A stretch of 64,000 nt of DNA, taken from Trypanosoma brucei. Taxonomy: Eukaryota. Made by a program: the position numbers and the translations under genes. Below, piece after piece: positions 57,016 through 64,000 of the stretch. Numbering within the stretch: position 1 is the first letter of the stretch; every line of letters begins with the position of its first letter. Location: assembly GCA_000002445.1 (NCBI GenBank), contig CM000208.1, positions 1,984,001 to 2,048,000 on the forward strand, read 5' to 3'. Under the pieces are notes generated by a model. That model worked only from the letters and a program-made list of their open reading frames with translations, had not been told where the DNA came from and ran no database searches.

Positions 57016-59954
57016 TTTCAGAAACTTTGCGGGCCCTGGTCTCACAGCAGCGCTGCCCACTTTTCGACTGCGCGGCGGTCTCCCGGCCCCCTTGCACAAC
57101 ACAGTAGCACCATCGGCGCTGTCAAGTATGAAAGGTGCGCCACCGGATAGTATATTCAATTTGAAGAGGCCACTAGTCAGGCTCGAATGTTGCGGGGGGG
57201 GGCATATATTTTAGCCATTCTCACCACCAACACCTCTGCCTCGTCCGACACATGTCTCTTCAGCCCCCACAAAAGAAGAGGCTCGTGTGCGTGACTTTTG
57301 AAGCTTACCAAAATGTGCGCACTGCGAATGGGGAAACTACCTTATCCATGTTGTTACGCTAATCATCGGAAATAACCAAGCCCATGCCGTAGGGATTGCC
57401 TGAGAACACTGGCTTTCGACAGCCTCGCCGGATGTTCCCTTCTCTGTTTCCGTTTCGCCCAGCCCTACGTCGGCATCTTGCAAATCCCTTTTTTAGTGGT
57501 GGTCAGTTGCCCATCCCCCACCATGTCACCATCATTTCCTTAGGACAACAAGCCAGTTGCAATATTGGCTGCCAGCCACTTCAATAGTTACACATGGTTA
57601 TTGTCTTTCCGAAAGGGCAAAAGCCATAATGGGTTCACCCAGTGGCAAGTATTTCTTTGCATCGAAAAGGAACAGAGTGTCCTTCACGCTCCTCTTCTTG
57701 CTCTCCATTTCGGTGGGGAATTTGCTCGAAACTTAATCAGCTTCGGCCTAGTTGTCTTGGGAACCTCTCGCAAGTGTTTCCGCGCATCTCTTGTAGGCCG
57801 AAGGGTAGGGCCTAATAGCCCTGACATCCTCGTCTGGATCATTCATTCCCCCACACGCTGTGTGGCACAATACTGTTGGCGCCGCTGCCCCTAAACAACC
57901 TGTTTCCCGTCTCCTCGGAAGACGCGTCTATGAAAGGGCCCTTCAACCATTGGATGGTGCTGTCGAATCCTCCCTGAAGGATAGGCTTAAATTGATTGCG
58001 ACACGCCTTCCCGTGTGTCGGAACTGATCCGTCCACAAAGAAAGAAGCGCCGGAAGCCGAGTTTCCTGTTCAGTGCTCCGCTCTGTCTACCCATTTTTCT
58101 GAGCAAACCGAGATCCAGCACCAGTCCTTGCGGCGCCTCGCGTGTTGGTGCGGGGTTCCGCAACATTCTGCCTACTGTTCCATCCCTCGCCGTTCCGTTG
58201 TGCAGAAAACTATCCATCCGCTTCGTGATGTGTCGGGCAAGGGAGAAGCCCTCAGACATGCGGGTAACACGGCCATGTTTAACCAACCTGAATGCACAAA
58301 CACAGTCTGCTAATGAGCCCATGGTGTTTCGTGACGTTTCTTCCACAGCTCAGGTTCCAACGAGTTATTCTGTGCTGTTGGTTGCCGAATACTACCCTGA
58401 TACCAGGTTGTTGTGTCTGCAACCGACTCTCGTGTGAGTTTTGATGCAATCCAACGGTGATCTGCCACATTAGCTTCCACACTTTCGCCGTTACCGTCAC
58501 CGACCGGAAGTGTGATGACAACGAAAAGTTAAGTCGGCCCTGGAAGACCCATAGCTCATCCAGCTTCTGCTTCCATAATCTTTGGGTACCGTAAAAATTT
58601 GTTGAACAACTTCGACTGTTGCCGGGAAACATTGATGTGCTTGTGATCGGGCTTCTCATAACGAACGTTGCCCTCGTCTGTGGCAACCCTGTTTGAAAGA
58701 AAAACGAGACCACCTCTGATAGCATTTGGCACCCCACTGGTTCCGGTGGCCATTTCCTCGTACTTTCTTTGATATGCCGAGCCTGTTATTCATTGTGCGT
58801 AACTGTTACTTCGTGCTGGGACGCCGTTACATTTTTCGTCGGTTCCAAGGAACGCAAAAGCACAGCATCGGCACCGTTGCCGGCGCCGTCACCCCCGGGG
58901 AGTAACTCCAGCGGAGGCGTGGAACGAATCTGCAGAAAAGGAATCACATTGATCCTGGCGGGCGGGGCCGCCGGGTCATGTGTGGGAGGGCGGCGGTTCG
59001 TTCGTGGCACCGGGGGAGAGAGCATTGTCATCGGGATGACATCCTTGGGGCTGCTGCGAGGAGCTTTCGGGCGCGAGAAAACCGCGCCAACCGTGCAGAG
59101 CTGTTGCGGGGGGAGGAGGCCGGCTCGTCAACTCGAGTGGGGTTGTGGCAAGTCGCTTGGGCCGTGCTCGGTGCTATCAATGGGAGAGACCAGGCGGCCG
59201 CGCCGAGCAAGAGGCGCCCCCGACTGGTAGCGAAGTTTTTCGGGGAACCGTTACCCCCTCCCCCCACTTGAGGCATGGCTGGGTTGATGGTTGTTCAGAA
59301 GATGCTTTGGCTTTGTTTACCGCCGGCGGTAGTGGGTTCTTTTGGGTGGGCGAGGTGTTCCCTTAGGGATCTCCCTTCCCTGGGATGGCGAAATATGATC
59401 GGCACACATTGCTCGAACTGGTGCCGCTGACTGGGCACGGATGTGAGTGGTGGGTCCGTGCGGCGGAGTATACAAAGGAAGAAAAGTAGTGGGTATGGGT
59501 GTAGAAAGAGCCCCCAGGCTGCCGTACTGAGTTCGCTAGTAGAGAAGGATCGCTGATCGGCCACACCTTGAGGTCGGAAGAAGCGTTAGACCTGTGCACC
59601 CGGCCCTGTAGCCGAGGCGTTTTTGAAGTATGTTCAGGTTTCCAAGTGGGGAATAGTGGCTAGTTGACCACTGTGCGTCCGGAATTGAGGTATGTTTTTT
59701 TTTTTTGTAAGTCCGCGTTGAAGTGGTCTTCATATCCACTGGTGGTCAGTTTTCCACTCTCGTCCCTGGGAGTCACCTATTGTTTTCTCCCCCTTTCTTG
59801 TGAAGGCAATTGCATGTCACCTTGCACTTGACAGTATCACTGTACAAGGGCCTAATCACTGTGTTTATTTACTATTATTTTTATTTGCATTATCATTCAC
59901 TGTCGTCGTCATTGTTTCAACAATACTTCACTAGGGTAATGGTGTCTACGGGAA

Positions 59955-61484
59955 ATGGACGTCGACAAATATAACTGTTCCGTTGTTTTTGATGATTTTA
60001 AGGTTTCCATCGAGCAATGTGATTTTTATGCGCTTGATCAGGAGATGACCGGTGTCGATAACGGTGAGCGACCGCAGTCAGGAACAATGAGTTTGACAGA
60101 GCTTTACCAAGTTTCGCGGGACGTTGTCAACCGGTACATTGCCTTCCAGCTAGGTGTAACAGTTTTCAAGCGTGTTGATGGCGGATATGAGGTTAAACCA
60201 TACAACTTTTATTTATTGAAAAGTGTGGGCGATTTTGTTGTGAATATTGAGTCACTGAAGTTCTTGGCAGACAACCACATGGATTTTCAGCGGTGGTTGG
60301 TGACAGGCATGCCGTATTGTGGTAAAGTGGACACAGGGTTGCGTGGTGATGAAGGAGGTTCTGTGTCTAGTTTAAGGAGAGGGTTGTCCGAATACCTTGT
60401 TAGTCGAATAAAAAAGTGGTATAACAGCCCGTTGGCACGGGATGGCGAGTGTATTACTTTCAAAACTGTAATATGCGAAGAAATAGAGCGGTTGACTTTA
60501 TCAAAGCTTAAAGAAGAACAAGTTTTCGTTTCATTTGAGTATGATAAGTCGAGATGCATTGGATCACCGGTGTCGTTGACAGTTCACCGTGGAACGAGTC
60601 ATTTCGCCAGCGGCCAAGGTAAGGAAAAGGCCACACCTGATTTAGAGCCGATCAAAGTATGTGGGTTTCAACATTTTTGGAAGTGCTTAACCGATTGCAA
60701 GAAACCTATTGTTGGCCACAATTTTTGGCTTGACATTATGTTTATGGTTCAAATGCACGAAGGGCCTCTCCCCGAAGATTATGATACTTACAAGAGACTC
60801 GTTCACCAACTGTTCCCGTGCGTATACGATACGAAAACACTCGGCCGCGAGGTGATAATTAACAACTTATCTGAGTCTTTTTGTCTGAAAGATTTGTACG
60901 ACAGATGCCTGGCCTCGAGGCTAAAATTGGGAGGGGCACCAGAGTTCTTTTTCCCACCAGGATTTGGTCGGTACGACCCAGACAGCCTTGAAAGTGAATG
61001 CAAAGCCCATGAAGCTGGGTACGATTCATACATGACGGGCGTGGCTTTTTCCATTTGTAGGGATTTGTACTGTAGCGGTGAAAATTCTACCTTGGATAAG
61101 TGGCGAAACATTGTTTCTGTCTACGGCAGCAATTACTATATGAATGTCAATGGCAAGGATAGTTTGAGGAGGTCTGCAACGTTTGTGGTGGAGTTTAGGG
61201 AGGAGATTGAGTATCCTTTTGGAGAGTTGCTTCTGTGTCGGGACGATGCATTCACAAATGTGGATAGGGACGTGGAGTTATTACCGAGGGACTGTATTAT
61301 ATCATATGACAACAAAGGATTATGCAGGACGATAATAGTTGTGTTCGAAGATGATATTAGCGAAGACGAGGTACAAACGCGCATTGCGAATTCGGCGCGC
61401 CGTTGGAGTGAGGTTACTAAGGAGGCAAATGCTTATAATATAGTATTTCCCGAAATACTAAGTGTTTACCGTCTTAGTGGGTAG
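59955..61484 (+). CDS. PARN: Poly(A)-specific ribonuclease (PARN, CAF1/DEDD family deadenylase)
   Basis: FYALDQEMTGV (DEDD motif I, cf. FFAIDGEFSGI), IVGHNFWLDIMFMVQMHEGPLP (cf. [22 protein letters not shown]), HEAGYDSYMTGVAF (cf. HEAGYDAYITGLCF). Confidence 0.75.
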   Translation: MDVDKYNCSVVFDDFKVSIEQCDFYALDQEMTGVDNGERPQSGTMSLTELYQVSRDVVNRYIAFQLGVTVFKRVDGGYEVKPYNFYLLKSVGDFVVNIESLKFLADNHMDFQRWLVTGMPYCGKVDTGLRGDEGGSVSSLRRGLSEYLVSRIKKWYNSPLARDGECITFKTVICEEIERLTLSKLKEEQVFVSFEYDKSRCIGSPVSLTVHRGTSHFASGQGKEKATPDLEPIKVCGFQHFWKCLTDCKKPIVGHNFWLDIMFMVQMHEGPLPEDYDTYKRLVHQLFPCVYDTKTLGREVIINNLSESFCLKDLYDRCLASRLKLGGAPEFFFPPGFGRYDPDSLESECKAHEAGYDSYMTGVAFSICRDLYCSGENSTLDKWRNIVSVYGSNYYMNVNGKDSLRRSATFVVEFREEIEYPFGELLLCRDDAFTNVDRDVELLPRDCIISYDNKGLCRTIIVVFEDDISEDEVQTRIANSARRWSEVTKEANAYNIVFPEILSVYRLSG

Positions 61485-61897
61485 CTGGGTTGCGGAAGAA
61501 TGCAGTGTGGTGCTGGTGCTCCCACTTGCGCAGTTGGACAAATTAGCGGCAGAAGCTGTTGTTGCACAAAGGCAAACTACCATTGTCATTGTTTTCAAAA
61601 ATATTGCATGAGCCTCCCAACTCTTCCTCTCTATACAATGGATCCGAAGCTGGAGCTGTAATAGTGCATCAACATACGTAAGTACTCGTCTGCATCCGTA
61701 TTTATGTGTGCCACCCAAGGGAAAGTATAACGGTATGTGCATATGTCAAGTGGTAACAGCTGAATAAAAATTTACTTCGTCGTTTTTTTTTAAAAGTTGA
61801 GTGACCGTTTGTTTCGTTTTCTTTTAGGTATGGTAGTTGCTTATCTTTTTTCCTTTCCTTTTCGGCGTGTATGTGCGTAATTTTTTGTGTTTAGGCA

Positions 61898-62434
61898 ATG
61901 CGGAGGAAAACGACACTAAATATTGGACAGGTTATTTGTTTTTCTTCCTGGAACGATGGCAGTGAGGGGTATGAGTGGAAATCCCGAGCACTATCGGAAA
62001 AGCGATCGTTGGCGCTTGAATTTCTCGGAAATGTGAATAAAAGAGTTTCTATTCACGATGCAATTCGTTTAAAGGCTGACATTAATAAAAAAGCCATAAG
62101 TAACGTTAGCTGCCCCAGTTTTTTTAGCGGCATTGAAGGCGCTGATGAAGATGAGGATCAAAGTGATATGAGCCTCTGTTCACTTTTAGGAATGCTGGAG
62201 GGCGAGATTGAAACTGACTGCATTACACACCTTTCCCCTTCGGATGCCTCGCTTTTGAAGGAGGAATTCTTGTGCGATTATGATTCGTCGGATACAAAAC
62301 GTATGGCCAAATGGGTGAATTTGAGATCGGAAACGTCGGACTACCAAAGTTATGGTGCGATCCCGGAGGGCGAGCGAAGTTTATGGTCCGCTTGGTACCT
62401 CCGCAACATAAAGGCAGGAAAAAAACCTATCTAA
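61898..62434 (+). CDS. Hypothetical protein (178 aa, acidic)
   Basis: ORF in the plus-strand array, preceded by a pyrimidine tract and AG (61780-61870). No motif. Confidence 0.35.
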   Translation: MRRKTTLNIGQVICFSSWNDGSEGYEWKSRALSEKRSLALEFLGNVNKRVSIHDAIRLKADINKKAISNVSCPSFFSGIEGADEDEDQSDMSLCSLLGMLEGEIETDCITHLSPSDASLLKEEFLCDYDSSDTKRMAKWVNLRSETSDYQSYGAIPEGERSLWSAWYLRNIKAGKKPI

Positions 62435-62700
62435 CGGAGTTACAGGTTGTTACATTAATGTCGCCTTCTTTTTTTGTGTAATATAAAAATCATTTGGCGT
62501 TGTTTAAGACAATATTTGATTCAAGGGATATGAAGAGATAAATACCCCTAAAAGTTGAACAATATATTTGCCCTCGCATCTCCTGTGTTTTCCCCCTCAG
62601 TGATATAACGGAGAGCACGTAGCACTAGACGATAGAGAGAAGAAGAGTCCGTGACAGCCCTGGGCATACGCGTATATAAACCAAAATTCTAAACGGCAAA

Positions 62701-62916
62701 ATGAGGGCTCTTTTGCTCTTTTTTGCCGCTGCTTCTCTTATTCAAACGGTGCTGGTAGGCGGCGCTAGCGGAAATTCACAAAACACCGTTTCGATTTCCG
62801 GAGACACCCTTGGAGGGATCCTTTTGGGTTCGCTGGTAGGCGGTATCCTGATTTTCGCTGTCTTTATGCTGGCAAACATTGAATCACCCGAAGTACTGGG
62901 TCATCCTGACAGGTGA
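62701..62916 (+). CDS. Small secreted/membrane protein (71 aa: signal peptide + glycine-rich TM)
   Basis: MRALLLFFAAASLIQTVLVGG signal-like start. GGILLGSLVGGILIFAVFML TM helix. Confidence 0.3.
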   Translation: MRALLLFFAAASLIQTVLVGGASGNSQNTVSISGDTLGGILLGSLVGGILIFAVFMLANIESPEVLGHPDR

Positions 62917-63345
62917 CATGAAGATGATGCCTGCTTCCACCGCTAGTTTCTTGGCCACCATTGTTTTTTTTTTAAAACTAGCGTATTGAAAAGGCAACCG
63001 TTTCCTCTAGGCATATTCCCCTTTCTCCAGCTAAAGAAAGGAATCGTCGGTTTCACAGGGAACACGGGGGAAAAGCAACGAATGCCATACTATTTGAGTT
63101 CCTTAACTCTGCAGCTATCTAAGGATTCCCCCTTTTCTTTTCCCCTTCCTCCTCTACTTTTGAATTCCTGTGAGAGGGATGTTATGCAAAAAAAAAAGAA
63201 AAAATCGAGAATGTGATTCAGTGTATGTATATACACATGTAACAGTTTCGTGATTTTTTGTTATTCCGTTTTTTTTTTCTTGATGTGTCTTTTATCCTTT
63301 TTCTCTTTGTACCCGTTAGGCAGCTTCTCTAGTGGAAAAAGTAAC

Positions 63346-63924
63346 ATGGATACGCCCCCGATAAGTGATGACGATAAAGAGGTGATAGATCGGCTGTTTG
63401 CTTCCGATGTTCCGCAATCATTAAGCAGACATGCTGTATTGATTCTGCATTATCACAGGACTGTTTTTGGTTCAATGGTGCCCTCTAACGTTCTTCTTGC
63501 AGGTTGTTTATTATATTCATGTAAATGGCTTTCATATCCTTCTGGCAACAGTTTCCTCAAAAATTATTTTCAAGGGATGAAAACGTCTGACATCGTTGGG
63601 CTTGAGATGGTGCTGCACGGGACGGTAAGACAGAACTTCATGCTTGTTGAAGCATGTCTGCGCTCGGAGATGAGTGAAATTGTGCGGTTGAATGATGTTC
63701 CGCATAATCGCGAAAGAATAGTACTGGTGTGTCTGAATTTGGTACGTGCACTGTATAGGACAAGGTGGTGTCTCTTACCTGAAACTGCTGCTAGAGGGGC
63801 CCTGCTCGTTGCCTGTGAGATGTGCGACGTGCATCTGAAAAGCTTACCTGAGTCTTTTAATACTACAATGGTCACGTGTGCTGTCGATTATCTTCGATCT
63901 ATTTTTGCGCAAAGTCGCTGCTAG
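63346..63924 (+). CDS. Hypothetical protein (possible cyclin-like helical fold)
   Basis: Start set at MDTPPISDDDK just downstream of a poly-T tract and AG. Helical composition. No firm motif. Confidence 0.3.
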   Translation: MDTPPISDDDKEVIDRLFASDVPQSLSRHAVLILHYHRTVFGSMVPSNVLLAGCLLYSCKWLSYPSGNSFLKNYFQGMKTSDIVGLEMVLHGTVRQNFMLVEACLRSEMSEIVRLNDVPHNRERIVLVCLNLVRALYRTRWCLLPETAARGALLVACEMCDVHLKSLPESFNTTMVTCAVDYLRSIFAQSRC

Positions 63925-64000
63925 CATGCTTTGTGCTGCTGCTACTGTTGTTGTTGTTTATTACAAAATTGTACGACCGTATGGACATTTAATACGTGTG

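Larger units (their letters stand above)
53798..59954. promoter_or_regulatory. Divergent strand-switch region (about 6.2 kb, gene-free), probable bidirectional RNA pol II transcription start region
   Basis: Every confident gene to the left is on the minus strand and every gene to the right is on the plus strand. No protein-like ORF inside. Contains a C15-(CA)n tract, G-runs and a telomere-like hexamer. Confidence 0.6.

Overview
The window reads as a chromosome-internal stretch of a kinetoplastid nuclear genome, most likely Trypanosoma brucei-like. This is an inference from gene content and gene order: a KREPA2-like editosome gene, a PDI with a KQDL C-terminus, a Nup155 homologue, and unidirectional intron-less gene arrays with pyrimidine-rich tracts plus AG upstream of CDSs. 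It is not prokaryotic, so there are no CRISPR arrays, operons or phage-defence-type systems to find.

Layout:
- 1-2900: an A-rich, low-complexity non-coding region.
- 2904-53797: a long minus-strand gene array of about 30 genes.
- 53.8-59.95 kb: a roughly 6 kb gene-free divergent strand-switch region.
- 59955 onward: a plus-strand gene array.

Products recognisable from the translations include:
- NIF/FCP1-type phosphatase, SET+MYND protein, AFG1-like ATPase, UFL1 (UFM1 E3 ligase), hotdog thioesterase, a second SET protein.
- TMEM65-like membrane protein, Trl1-type tRNA ligase, ankyrin protein, EVE/THYN1 protein, bromodomain factor.
- Nup155/Nup170-family nucleoporin, LRR protein with internal repeats, CCT theta, L1-domain protein, KREPA2-like editosome protein.
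- Protein disulfide isomerase, coiled-coil protein, eIF3c (two identical copies), RRM-like protein (two copies), MYST histone acetyltransferase, PSP1-domain protein, and PARN deadenylase on the plus strand.

The most striking structural feature is a near-perfect tandem duplication of about 3.64 kb (43549-47175 and 47193-50819). It duplicates eIF3c and a downstream RRM-like gene, with only a handful of nucleotide differences, one of which moves the stop codon of the RRM-like gene. Other notable structure:
- A 438-bp in-frame tandem repeat and a CTG/polyQ tract inside the LRR gene.
- A C15-(CA)n tract and an interstitial telomere-like (CCCTAA)2.5 element inside the strand-switch region.
- Several microsatellites.

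All calls rest on reading the supplied six-frame translations and the DNA by eye. No database search was run.
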